Source: a virus (Duplodnaviria > Caudoviricetes). Taken from it: a stretch of DNA of 64,000 bases. The notes beneath the pieces are model-generated. The model was given only the letters and a program-made list of their open reading frames with translations. It was not told the DNA's origin and did not search any database. This document shows, piece after piece, positions 38,623-47,899 of this stretch. Each line of letters opens with the position of its first letter. The first letter of the stretch is position 1. The DNA lies in the IMG/VR virus record IMGVR_UViG_3300009031_000221, positions 192,001-256,000 of that record. The stretch is one strand, 5' to 3'. Position numbers and translations under genes: made by a program.

Positions 38623-38841
38623 CGAAAGTTCCTAGTAGACATGATGTCCGCTATAGGATCTACGCTAAACTGATAAGAAGTAAGTGGCCGACACAAGAAG
38701 ATTAGTCCGCACGAAGTCTCGTAACTGCTTAATGCAGTCCGTTAGCACTAGTGACAACCCCATTTAGAGTGTTGCCCCCATCCCATTCGCGGTTGCCCGG
38801 TTAGGTACCTTAGCGACGATAGTAAATCTTCCTGGCCGGCC

Positions 38842-38915
38842 GGTGGATCCTGCGGGAGTCGAACCCGCGACTCTGCAATGCGAATGCAGTGTTTTCCCAA
38901 CTGAACTAAGGACCC
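38842..38915 (-). tRNA. tRNA-Ala(CGC)
   Basis: Loop UUCGCAU; G3-U70. Confidence 0.9.
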
Positions 38916-39142
38916 GTATGTTCACACTTCTCCATATTGAATCTACCTGGATAGTGCAACTGCTTCCACAAAGGCAAATCTCCATCACAGTTGTAATGAA
39001 TTGCCCAGTTACCTACGAAACATGCGAAGTGCGGGGATCGATAGGGCGATCGGATATACCCATTGATTCCCGTCATGGTGCCGATTCTACCATTAGGCCA
39101 GTAGTACAACCATGCTAATGCTGCACCGGTCAAGCAGTTCAT
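38906..39142 (-). CDS. Hypothetical protein
   Basis: 78-aa ORF, ATGA overlap with the upstream gene. Confidence 0.45.
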   Translation of the reverse strand: MNCLTGAALAWLYYWPNGRIGTMTGINGYIRSPYRSPHFACFVGNWAIHYNCDGDLPLWKQLHYPGRFNMEKCEHTGP

Positions 39143-39432
39143 CGGGGGAACACAAGGATGGTGAACCCATCCAACGTTCCATCAGGGAACGTTGCCGCAA
39201 TCTTGGCCTTGAATGATTCAACATCACCTTGCCGAAGAATGACTTCCAGCTTGTTTGACCGCAATAGATCCGTTGAATACTTGAATTCTTTGCCCGGTTT
39301 CAACATCGTGCGGAACTTGATCCGCGTTGAGTACTTTTCCGGGTGCCGAACCATTTCTTCAAATGTGGCTTGGCTTGGACTACGGCTGGGGGCACAATCG
39401 TTTGGTTCGCGAATGAAGCGATTCTTTCCCAT
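39139..39432 (-). CDS. Hypothetical protein
   Basis: 97-aa ORF downstream of the cytochrome gene. Confidence 0.6.
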   Translation of the reverse strand: MGKNRFIREPNDCAPSRSPSQATFEEMVRHPEKYSTRIKFRTMLKPGKEFKYSTDLLRSNKLEVILRQGDVESFKAKIAATFPDGTLDGFTILVFPR

Positions 39433-39450
39433 GTGCCCCCAGTCCCGTAA

Positions 39451-40068
39451 TTACTTCGTGTGGCACGCCAAGCAAAGGCTGCTGCCGGTATTGAGCATGC
39501 GGAGGAACTTGCCCTTCGAGTTGTCATGCACGCTATGGCATGTCGCACACTGCAACTGGGCGCTGAACAGCGGGAGCATCGAAGCTGCATCCACGAACTT
39601 GTCGTTGACCGGAGTCTTCAATCCACCATCTGCCGTTGCCAAAGCCGCATCGTAGACGAACGAAATTGGATGGTCATTGGTCAAATCGGTACCAACCTTC
39701 GCACCCCCCGGATCCATCATGTGCGAACCCGAGTTGTTCGCGTAGGAATCCACTGCAACCGTGCCGTCATGGCAGGACAGGCACAGTTTGGAATTGCCCG
39801 TAGGTTGCCCCAAGACCGCATTCAATGTGCTGCTGCTGTACGTGCTGAACGTAGCCATGGTCACGGCATGGTTCCACAGCGGAGCGCCCGGAACGGCTGC
39901 CGCATTGTGAGGCGTATGGCAGAAGATGCAAACCTGGGTCGTGCCCCAGCCCTTGGACGACAGGTCGTGAGGAGTGCCCACGATCCCTGCGAATGCCGGG
40001 GACTTCCACTCCGGAAGAGCCAACAAACCCAACAATACAACGAGAACGAACAATGATTTACGGAACAT
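39451..40068 (-). CDS. Exported tetraheme c-type cytochrome, OmcE-like
   Basis: Signal peptide ending AFA; four CxxCH (CIFCH, CLSCH, CATCH, CLACH); HDLS, PLWN and GTDLTNDHP motifs. Confidence 0.9.
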   Translation of the reverse strand: MFRKSLFVLVVLLGLLALPEWKSPAFAGIVGTPHDLSSKGWGTTQVCIFCHTPHNAAAVPGAPLWNHAVTMATFSTYSSSTLNAVLGQPTGNSKLCLSCHDGTVAVDSYANNSGSHMMDPGGAKVGTDLTNDHPISFVYDAALATADGGLKTPVNDKFVDAASMLPLFSAQLQCATCHSVHDNSKGKFLRMLNTGSSLCLACHTK

Positions 40069-40175
40069 GCTGCCTCCCTATTGGGGCTTATTTGTTCATG
40101 CCCCGTGATTTACCCTAATGATAGGCGGAATACCACCCTACAACGTCTACGCATTTCTATGAAGAAGTAAGCCTA

Positions 40176-40436
40176 TCAGATGTCGCTTTGTTGACGCTGA
40201 TGTGCCCAATCCCGCTGGCGTTCAATGCAAAGGTCGGATTCCATGACGGCACCGGCGGAAAGAACCAGCCAACCATCCGTCCATTCTCCATCTTCTTCCT
40301 TGAGCTTCGTGTACTTGCCGACGACGGCCTTGCCCGTAGGAATCCAAGCCGTCTGCTTGGTGCTTTCGCGTTGAAGTTCGCATTGGGTATGTGTCGTATG
40401 CTTTGCCATCGGATGCTCCTGAGGTGAATTTGCCAT
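40176..40436 (-). CDS. Hypothetical protein
   Basis: 77-86-aa ORF; AGGAG RBS before MAKHTT. Confidence 0.55.
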   Translation of the reverse strand: MANSPQEHPMAKHTTHTQCELQRESTKQTAWIPTGKAVVGKYTKLKEEDGEWTDGWLVLSAGAVMESDLCIERQRDWAHQRQQSDI

Positions 40437-40685
40437 GTTCGGGGGGTTTAAAGACTGTTACGTTTCGCGGTCTCCCAGGCATGGGAACTATTCCGCCGTC
40501 GATCCCCGAACTACTTGCCCCCGAAATCGCCCCGATCCCTGCCGTTTCTATTGCTAGATTTTGACAGGGCGTGGCTTCGTGGAGGGCTACACGTTTTGAT
40601 ATATCATTCGTTTGTGGAATAAGCGGGCATTGCCGCAAACCCCGATAGTTCCACTATACCCCAGTATGAGTTAGGAGGTCAACAA

Positions 40686-41204
40686 ATGGCGACAATCAAT
40701 AAGACATGTGAGAACTGCACGAAAGAATTCCAGGCCGAAATACGGGAAGTTAACCGAGGCTTTGGTAGATTCTGTACTAGGGCTTGCTCAGGTGCTTTTT
40801 GGGCGACAAGGCGATCCCGGACGACGGCTACTTCGGTTGTTTGCGCTTACTGCAAACAGGATTTCCTGAAGACACCTTCCAAAATGAAGAATGCTAAGAG
40901 TGGCATGTATTTTTGTTGTCGTGAACACAAGGATCTGGCACAACGCCTTGGAGGCATTGTCGCCATACATCCAGAACATTACGGAGATGGCCATGCAGAG
41001 TATCGGAATGTTGCATTCCGTAATTACCCTTCGATTTGCAATCGATGCGGCTATCAACGATTCCCTGATGTTCTCGTCGTTCACCATAAGGATCGAAACA
41101 GGAACAACATTTCCATTAGCAATTTGGAGATTCTTTGCCCCAATTGTCACGGGGAAGAGCACTTTGTTGCCAAGGATGGAATCTGGAGAAATCAAATAAA
41201 GTAG
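40686..41204 (+). CDS. HNH endonuclease with zinc fingers, antisense to the surrounding tRNA cluster
   Basis: CENC, CAYC, VHHKDRNRNNISISNLEILCPNCH; GGAGG RBS. Confidence 0.9.
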   Translation: MATINKTCENCTKEFQAEIREVNRGFGRFCTRACSGAFWATRRSRTTATSVVCAYCKQDFLKTPSKMKNAKSGMYFCCREHKDLAQRLGGIVAIHPEHYGDGHAEYRNVAFRNYPSICNRCGYQRFPDVLVVHHKDRNRNNISISNLEILCPNCHGEEHFVAKDGIWRNQIK

Positions 41205-41277
41205 TGGAGTTGACAGGGATCGAACCTGCGACATTCGGCTTGCAAAGCCGACGCTCTCCCAACTGAGCTACAACCCC
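41205..41277 (-). tRNA. tRNA-Ala(TGC)
   Basis: Loop UUUGCAA; G3-U70. Confidence 0.9.
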
Positions 41278-41527
41278 AAAATGATATACCGGGAAACATT
41301 AATGATAACGGTACGGGCGGAAATGAGGGTTCCCCCGTACCTGTAACATGTCTGCCCCTCATACATACACGGTTCAGAGTGGCGAATCCCCGTGCTAGCA
41401 CCATTTCCTTCTTATGCCACCATCATGTTCCTTTCAGGCGGACAAGATCCTCTTTGCATCATTCCCCCTAGAAAGGAACTTAGCCTCACCTCCAAACCGG
41501 TCGACTCGGCGGTGGGCAAGGCACAAA

Positions 41528-41601
41528 GGAGCGGGCGATGGGATTTGAACCCACGACTTTCGGCTTGGGAAGCCGTTACTCTACCGCTGAGTTACGCCCG
41601 C
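41528..41601 (-). tRNA. tRNA-Gly(CCC)
   Basis: Loop UUCCCAA. Confidence 0.9.
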
Positions 41602-41787
41602 ACAGTACAGGGCCGTATTGGTGAAGACCAACCGTTTATTCGCACCCTGCAAGGCCGTGTTATATCACCACTAGGGCCTCACCGGCATAGCCCTAGTTGA
41701 ACTGGTGCGTGTCCCTATCTATCAGGTTGTCGTTCAATTGGGATACACGCGAAACCCAATTGACACTTAGGCAACCTAACAGGTTCT

Positions 41788-42015
41788 CTACACTCGTCGA
41801 ACTACAACACCGTCTTTTACCGAGGGTCGCCCTTGAGCTTCCCAGGCACGCTTGCATGTGCGGCATTCGCATTTACATACATGCGGCAATGTAATGTTCC
41901 GATCTGCGTCGGAACCAAGCACAAGATCATCTAATGTGGTCACAACCACTGGACAATCCATGTGATCACGTTCCCATTCATCTAACGAACCCCAAACAGC
42001 ACACTTGTTATCCAT
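41788..42015 (-). CDS. Small Cys/His-containing hypothetical protein
   Basis: 75-aa ORF. Confidence 0.5.
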   Translation of the reverse strand: MDNKCAVWGSLDEWERDHMDCPVVVTTLDDLVLGSDADRNITLPHVCKCECRTCKRAWEAQGRPSVKDGVVVRRV

Positions 42016-42229
42016 TTACCTTTGCCTTCTTCGAATTTGCTACCGAACTACACCCTTCGTGGGGACAAAGGACACAGCATATGCTCGGTAGCCACACATA
42101 GGGCCTAGACGGTCTACTTCCCAACACAGGAACTCGACTCTATAAGCCTCCACCACTGGATTTAACTCGCCACCCACTTTCGCAGATGCCCTGTCCTACA
42201 AATCCAGAAAGGACTTCCTTCTACGGAGG

Positions 42230-42302
42230 TGGAGTAGATGGGACTTGAACCCATTACCTCCTGCATGCCATGCAGGCGCTCTCCCAGGTGAGCTACTACC
42301 CC
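42230..42302 (-). tRNA. tRNA-Ala(GGC)
   Basis: Loop AUGGCAU; G3-U70. Confidence 0.85.
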
Positions 42303-42480
42303 ATTCCCCAGTGGACTAAATTATTTCCACTGGGTTGCTCTTGACCTACCAAAGCAGAAGGCCGTTGTGTTCATTGACCAAGGTGTACGGTCACCCCGTG
42401 GTATAGGTTTACCGCCCATACCATAACCGGGTCAGCGGTAAACCAACCCGAAGTCTATTTTTCAGTTGTCAAAGACACGG

Positions 42481-42556
42481 TTGCGGAGGCTGGATTTGAA
42501 CCAGCGATTTTGAGGTTATGAGTCTCATGAGGACGGCCTGACTCCTCTACCCCGCA
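42481..42556 (-). tRNA. tRNA-Met(CAT), initiator-like body
   Basis: UGCGGGG acceptor; loop CUCAUAA. Confidence 0.8.
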
Positions 42557-42586
42557 AACTTGGAACTCCATTATCAAAGAATTCGG

Positions 42587-42659
42587 TGGGCCTGGGTGGA
42601 ATCGAACCACCGACAACACGCTTATCAGGCGTGGATTCTAACCGCTGAACTACAGGCCC
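42587..42659 (-). tRNA. tRNA-Ile(GAT)
   Basis: Loop CUGAUAA. Confidence 0.9.
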
Positions 42660-42772
42660 TTCCTGAGAGGTGCACTACTTTATGCTACCTAGATGCTCCG
42701 CACCCAGGACAGGTAGCGAACCTGTATCTCCCCTCATCCTATCTACGCATTACCGGCCAGAAGTAAGTCTAC

Positions 42773-44179
42773 CTACGCTTTGAAAGTCAAGATAGGCCTC
42801 ATCTTTGCCACCTTCGACAATATACCCGCCGTTACCTGGGATTGTATCACGGGACCAATGTCCTTGTACGCGGCGGGCGCTTCCTCGATTTTACGCTCAT
42901 ACCGCAATGAAATGCAATCCACACCGTCTAACCCAAGGTTGCCTTCGCGTTTCATGTCCACTCGGGATTGACTTCGACCCGCACCGTGACTTGCCGACAG
43001 CAAGTGTTCTTCCGAACCCAACCCCTTGCAAACATACGATGCTGACCCCATGGACCCAGGAATGAGAAGCCAATCTCCCAGGTTCGCCGGGCAAGCCCCC
43101 TTGCGTTGAATCCATGTCCCCGAATGTTCCAAAGTGATGTTGTGCGGAATGTCTGTAATCATCGGGCACTCCAGGTCGTCCCCGAACACTTGTCGCATTC
43201 TCAATCGGGCAATCTCGGCAATCAACATGCGATTGACCCAGGCATAGTTGACAGCCGTAGCTTCTGCCGTCAAGTAATCCAGTTGACCTTCATCCTCCAG
43301 CAATGGAAACATGTGGCTAGTAGGGAATGGACGCTTGGTTGCTTCCCAGGCCTTACGTGCCCGAGTTTGAGCGTTCTGCCCAACATACAACCCGACGAAT
43401 CGGGAACCCGTATGCGCCATGAACCCGACTTGCCCTACCTTGATTCCCAGGGCATACGCCGCATGCCTATCTAGGATTTCTTCTACGACCTGGAATTCTA
43501 CGAAGTGGTTGCCCCCTCCAATAGTTCCCAACCCGTCATCCCGAATGATCTTGGATCCTATGCCGTCTACCAAGCCTTGAGGGGCGTACTTAACATCTCC
43601 ACGGGCAATGTTTGTGTACTGAACTCGATCACACTCCTCGTGCAACTGCTCAATGCGGGAAGCCTGCGTCATGCCATGCTTCCAACCATCATTGTCCTGG
43701 GCCTCGAGCCACCCAAGTAATCCGTCCGTGAACATCGCCTTTTGGACGCTTACGGTTTGTGCCACATCTCGAGTGCCAAAGAAGTAATCCCCCTTCAGCA
43801 ATTCGACCAAGGCGTCCCGCTTTGCCAGGAACTGATCAATGGTCAAATCCGTGAGGTGCAATCTCATGCCACAGTTGATGTCCGTACCAATGGCTGCCGG
43901 AATCAGAAACTGTGTTTGAACTACGGAACCAATGGCAACGCCCGCATCTCCAGGATGGAAATCCGGTGTGGCACAACATCGAGTGACGCCTTCCAAAGAA
44001 GCCAGATTGGCTAGCTGTAGAAGGGCTTTGTTCTCAACCGGCAATTCGTCTGGAAGCAATACATCCGCATAGGGAAGGTGGTCATGATTGGCAATACGAA
44101 CTTGCCAACCGCCATCGACCTTACGAACATCGAGGCCTTCTTTGACTAGAGCCTTTAGAAGGCGATCGTGATTTGCCAT
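42773..44179 (-). CDS. rtcB: RtcB-family RNA ligase
   Basis: TPDFHPG, GTDINCG, GGGNHF, HTGSR, PHN, RKGA, SHGAGR motifs. Confidence 0.93.
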   Translation of the reverse strand: MANHDRLLKALVKEGLDVRKVDGGWQVRIANHDHLPYADVLLPDELPVENKALLQLANLASLEGVTRCCATPDFHPGDAGVAIGSVVQTQFLIPAAIGTDINCGMRLHLTDLTIDQFLAKRDALVELLKGDYFFGTRDVAQTVSVQKAMFTDGLLGWLEAQDNDGWKHGMTQASRIEQLHEECDRVQYTNIARGDVKYAPQGLVDGIGSKIIRDDGLGTIGGGNHFVEFQVVEEILDRHAAYALGIKVGQVGFMAHTGSRFVGLYVGQNAQTRARKAWEATKRPFPTSHMFPLLEDEGQLDYLTAEATAVNYAWVNRMLIAEIARLRMRQVFGDDLECPMITDIPHNITLEHSGTWIQRKGACPANLGDWLLIPGSMGSASYVCKGLGSEEHLLSASHGAGRSQSRVDMKREGNLGLDGVDCISLRYERKIEEAPAAYKDIGPVIQSQVTAGILSKVAKMRPILTFKA

Positions 44180-44180
44180 G

Positions 44181-44762
44181 TCATGCCAGCCGTGTCACCG
44201 TCAACGGTGTGATTTGAAGGCTGCGCTTGGTGCCCTTGCGGAGGAACTGCTGGACAACGATCGCCATCTGCGATGCCGCGAGTCCGTGGAAGGGCAGGTT
44301 CTCCCCGTCCTCACACGTTGCTTGTCCAGGTGCCCCTTCCTCATCTGGAACGAAGTGCTCATCCCAAACAACCCGGGCAAACGTACCATCCGCCGACAAA
44401 GCGCCATGCAAACATGGGATGCCATTGGGCTGAACGAACCCTTGGATGATGCGGCGTGCCTCTGCATTGTCCGTGCAGTCAATGACTAGCCCTGCGCCTC
44501 CCAGGATGACCTGTACGTTGTCCTTGGTCAGTTGGTGCGGGGTAGCATCGATCTTGATGCCGAACAGCCCTGCCATCGCTTGCTGAAGCCCCAGTGCCTT
44601 GTTGCGTGCCTTGCTCAGCCCCGTGTGGAACTGAGACATGATGTTCTTCTGCTCGACGCGATCGAAGTCAACAACCTTCAGCCCTTGCTTCCAGTTGCGA
44701 CCGAAGAGAACCAGGTGAGAACCCAATGCCCCTACGCCAACGATTACGATTTGTCCCGCCAT
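44181..44762 (-). CDS. ThiF/E1-like adenylating enzyme; start MAGQIV
   Basis: IVGVGALGS, VVDFDRVEQKN, VIDCTDN; candidate catalytic Cys in ATCED. Confidence 0.85.
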   Translation of the reverse strand: MAGQIVIVGVGALGSHLVLFGRNWKQGLKVVDFDRVEQKNIMSQFHTGLSKARNKALGLQQAMAGLFGIKIDATPHQLTKDNVQVILGGAGLVIDCTDNAEARRIIQGFVQPNGIPCLHGALSADGTFARVVWDEHFVPDEEGAPGQATCEDGENLPFHGLAASQMAIVVQQFLRKGTKRSLQITPLTVTRLA

Positions 44763-44851
44763 GATTGATACCTCAGTTGGGCGCATAGGCACCATGAATC
44801 AGGTCATCCGTGACCTTGCATCATCTACGCGGAATCATCAGGAAGTAAGCC

Positions 44852-45091
44852 TTAGACTACTGAACATGCGTACAATACGACGCACCCCAAGATTCCGCAT
44901 GCAATCCCGCCTGCGAATACCGCAAGACGGCGCTTGCCACTATTAGTGGCCTTCAGGGCATCTCGTTCTACCGTCAACTTCTTATTATCGAGTTTCAACT
45001 TCTCGATTTCTTGCAAAGCCTCCCGGTACAGAAGCTGCCAAGCGGCATCCATGTTGATTCCCGAGTGCGGCGTACAACCTGAGCAAATCAT
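44852..45091 (-). CDS. Small coiled-coil membrane-anchored protein
   Basis: Heptad pattern followed by a hydrophobic C-terminus. Confidence 0.55.
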   Translation of the reverse strand: MICSGCTPHSGINMDAAWQLLYREALQEIEKLKLDNKKLTVERDALKATNSGKRRLAVFAGGIACGILGCVVLYACSVV

Positions 45092-45100
45092 TGTGTCCCC

Positions 45101-45451
45101 TTAGCAGTAATCTTTCAGTGATTCTACAGTTAGATAGCCCGCTTTGCGTAAACGAATGCGAACTTCGACGTACATATGTCCCGTCAATGGGCAATCACTA
45201 TTCCATCCGCCCCGTGAATCATGGCCGTCATTGATCTCAACCATTTCGATTTCACAATCATCAGGGTTGTCAATGTCGCCGTCCGTGACGAATCCTCGAA
45301 CATCGAAACAATCATTAGACCCAACGGCATGCATTTCCAATGCGGTGGAATCAACATCTCCTCCAGGTTGAAGGAGCTTGATTGTCCATCGGGGGTCGGA
45401 CAACAACTTGATGATGTCTTCCGTTTTCCAATGCGTGTTGGTGATATCCAT
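45101..45451 (-). CDS. Hypothetical protein; start MDITNTH
   Basis: GAGGA RBS; overlap with the upstream stop. Confidence 0.6.
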   Translation of the reverse strand: MDITNTHWKTEDIIKLLSDPRWTIKLLQPGGDVDSTALEMHAVGSNDCFDVRGFVTDGDIDNPDDCEIEMVEINDGHDSRGGWNSDCPLTGHMYVEVRIRLRKAGYLTVESLKDYC

Positions 45452-45759
45452 CAGCGGTTCCTCGATTTGCCTTGACCCCGATTTGCCTTGGCTGCCTTTT
45501 GGCGTTCGATCTTGCCTTCCAACTTGCCGGGAATATGCGGACGAGTTGCAAGTTCGACCCGCAATTCTTCCATGCGATTCAAGTCTTTGGCACGGTATGC
45601 CCGCCACAAGGCATCTTCCGCCGGGGATAGATCCCACGGAGGGGTTTCGCATACCACTCGAAGATCATGCAATTCGTTCAACAGATCTCGCGTATGCCGT
45701 TTGCTATCAGGCAAATGCGGAGGTACGGTGCCTCGTGGGGTTAGGTCATTCATTTTCAT
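45451..45759 (-). CDS. Hypothetical basic protein
   Basis: 102-aa ORF in operon context. Confidence 0.6.
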   Translation of the reverse strand: MKMNDLTPRGTVPPHLPDSKRHTRDLLNELHDLRVVCETPPWDLSPAEDALWRAYRAKDLNRMEELRVELATRPHIPGKLEGKIERQKAAKANRGQGKSRNR

Positions 45760-45763
45760 GTAA

Positions 45764-46492
45764 CTAGCGACTCCGAATCTTCTGACGCGGGATCAAGTGC
45801 AGCGTATCCGCAACCTTCTCGTTGGCCTGCTGTGCGAACCCGATGAGGTTGCGGCTGACCTTGAGGTAGTAGGGATGCTTCAACCATTCCTTGTAGGGCA
45901 AGTTGCTACGAGTCTTGTTGCACTTGCGGCAAGCTGCCACGAGGTTGTCCGGAGTAGAAGGCCCGCCTTCTTCCCAGCAAACCAGGTGGTCAACCGTCAG
46001 AGGAACGTCATCCAGACCACAGTAGCGGCAACGGTAGCCGTCACGCTTGTAGACCTTCCATGAAGTGCCCTGGTCGATTTGACGTTGCGACTTCCGCACG
46101 ACAGTCTTGACGATCTTGCCGTCTTCGCCCGGTGCCAGCATCTCCACGTCAAGGTGGTCCGTTTGCTGGATGAACATCAACCATTCGGCATGATTCATGT
46201 TCAATGCCACGGTAGGCTTGTCAACGGCATCGTGCTCGTCCGGGAACATGACCAAGTAGGTCTTGTCCCGATCGGAGTACACCATCCCAGACATTTGGAT
46301 ATCGGTGCCGATGCGAAGGATGTTGAGGTCGGACAATGGAATGCGTGGCGTAGTCATGTGAAGTTCCTTCATTTCTTGTGCGGTATTCCATATGCGGGAT
46401 GTGATTTCGGCGCTTGACTCTTTAGGGCGATTGTCCCAATCACGATACAAGCGGCGAACTTCTTCATTGAACTCAGGATCAACGATGGACAT
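45764..46492 (-). CDS. HNH endonuclease, McrA-like C-terminal domain
   Basis: RDGYRCRYCG, TVDHLV, NLVAACRKCN. Confidence 0.85.
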   Translation of the reverse strand: MSIVDPEFNEEVRRLYRDWDNRPKESSAEITSRIWNTAQEMKELHMTTPRIPLSDLNILRIGTDIQMSGMVYSDRDKTYLVMFPDEHDAVDKPTVALNMNHAEWLMFIQQTDHLDVEMLAPGEDGKIVKTVVRKSQRQIDQGTSWKVYKRDGYRCRYCGLDDVPLTVDHLVCWEEGGPSTPDNLVAACRKCNKTRSNLPYKEWLKHPYYLKVSRNLIGFAQQANEKVADTLHLIPRQKIRSR

Positions 46493-46498
46493 GAATTC

Positions 46499-46786
46499 CT
46501 ACTTGGCGTTCTTGACCATATCTGCGGGATTCAATGCCTGAAGCTTGAGCAAGCTCTTGGCGATTGCCTTTTCCTTCTTGGCGATCTTCTTGGTGATCTG
46601 GACTACTGCTTCAGCTTCCGTGATAGCATAATCACCCTCAAAGATAAGTCCCCCATACCACTTGGGGCCACGAAAGCACTTCTTGGATTTCCCGACAATA
46701 GACGAGACTTCCTCTCCTGCGATCTTGGTCACACCCGTTGTCAGGGCATACTTGGTCACAAACACTTCGCCAACGTGCATTGTCAT
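46499..46786 (-). CDS. Hypothetical protein; start MTMHVG
   Basis: GAAGGG RBS-like sequence upstream. Confidence 0.55.
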   Translation of the reverse strand: MTMHVGEVFVTKYALTTGVTKIAGEEVSSIVGKSKKCFRGPKWYGGLIFEGDYAITEAEAVVQITKKIAKKEKAIAKSLLKLQALNPADMVKNAK

Positions 46787-46790
46787 GTTA

Positions 46791-47048
46791 TCACCCTTCC
46801 TGGTCGTATGCGTCGTAGTGACTGAAGTCATGCGGGATGTCCCCCGCCTGGAGTTCCACGAACGTACGGCACTGGCAGTACTTGCATCCGATTGGAGACA
46901 TGTTCTCGTAGGTATCGAAGTGCCGTTCGTAGTTATGCCCACACTTACAGATCCGTTCGTCACCATATTTCGGATTGTATTCCCGAACTTCGACGATGAC
47001 GATTCGTTTCTTCTTGATGATGTATGGGGGTTCAGGTTTCGTTTTCAT
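46791..47048 (-). CDS. Small Cys-rich protein; start MKTKPE
   Basis: CKCGH..CKYCQC; follows the promoter motif at 47055-47080. Confidence 0.6.
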   Translation of the reverse strand: MKTKPEPPYIIKKKRIVIVEVREYNPKYGDERICKCGHNYERHFDTYENMSPIGCKYCQCRTFVELQAGDIPHDFSHYDAYDQEG

Positions 47049-47164
47049 GGTACATCTACGCATTACGCCCTGAAAGTAAGTTAGATGCCAAAGCGCCTGT
47101 GGGATCACGTAGGATCCCACAGGCGCCCGGGAAAGTCACTTCCGCCGAACGGATTTCGTGGTCC

Positions 47165-47461
47165 TCACCCGAAGGCTAGATCACAACCAAACGGCGTCTT
47201 GGGGCGCAGGAAGATGCGGTTGTCCGGAACTTCATCGTTGGACGGGAAGCGATCCACAACGAAGTCCGCGAAGTTCGCGTTCTGGTCGGCGGGAATACCC
47301 GGGATGCCGTTCTGCACAGCCTCCTGAGCGAGGCGGCGAAGATCATCCGCGCCAAGGTCGAAGGGAACAGCCTCAACGAGATCTCCGTTGTTGCCTGCCC
47401 AAGTGATGTTGAAACGTGCCTCGTTCTGAGCAAAAAGACGGTCTGCCATATTGTCCTCCAT
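47165..47461 (-). CDS. Candidate ubiquitin-like (beta-grasp) protein
   Basis: About 95 aa; ends IFLRPKTPFG-CDLAFG; directly downstream of the JAB gene. Confidence 0.55.
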   Translation of the reverse strand: MEDNMADRLFAQNEARFNITWAGNNGDLVEAVPFDLGADDLRRLAQEAVQNGIPGIPADQNANFADFVVDRFPSNDEVPDNRIFLRPKTPFGCDLAFG

Positions 47462-47465
47462 CTAT

Positions 47466-47870
47466 CTAGCGGGAAATCGCCCGCAGTTCTTCTAGGTCTT
47501 CCAGAATCAGTTCTCGCGGAAACCCCATGGCTTCCCCGTTGCATGTATCCAAGGCCCCATAGCCTTGGTGTTCTTCGTCGTAGTACATGAAGACGAACGT
47601 CTTCACATCTGTGAAAGTTGCGATAGGCCACATCAGGTTTCGCCCGAGGCCTAGTTCAATCGCACGGAACGTAGTCACGTCCGTATATGAACACCAGGAC
47701 TCCCCATCCCACGGATGAGTATGAGCCACCCCGCCAAGGTTATGGCGATTATCCCAGATGATTTCCCACAGGTTGCGGGAGTCCGGAATAGCTCCGCCGG
47801 TCCGACCCTTTGGCACATGCCAATGGAGGGTCTTACCTGCCTTGTCGAATACCAATGCGTTCTCCATCAT
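47466..47870 (-). CDS. JAB/MPN metallopeptidase
   Basis: GVAHTHP..CSYTD matches HxH-x7-SxxD. Confidence 0.75.
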   Translation of the reverse strand: MMENALVFDKAGKTLHWHVPKGRTGGAIPDSRNLWEIIWDNRHNLGGVAHTHPWDGESWCSYTDVTTFRAIELGLGRNLMWPIATFTDVKTFVFMYYDEEHQGYGALDTCNGEAMGFPRELILEDLEELRAISR

Positions 47871-47899
47871 ATCGGAACCTCGTTACAGTGACGTTGCAT

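Noticed and set aside
40440-40540. Second tmRNA-like 5' end (GGGGGC..GGGGAUCGACGG on the minus strand)
   Set aside because: No matching T arm or acceptor 3' strand and no tag reading frame found.
42135-42228. RNase P RNA-like motifs (GAAGGAAGUCC and GGCUUAU)
   Set aside because: The motifs are only about 90 nt apart and the other conserved regions are missing; kept only as an unassigned structured spacer.
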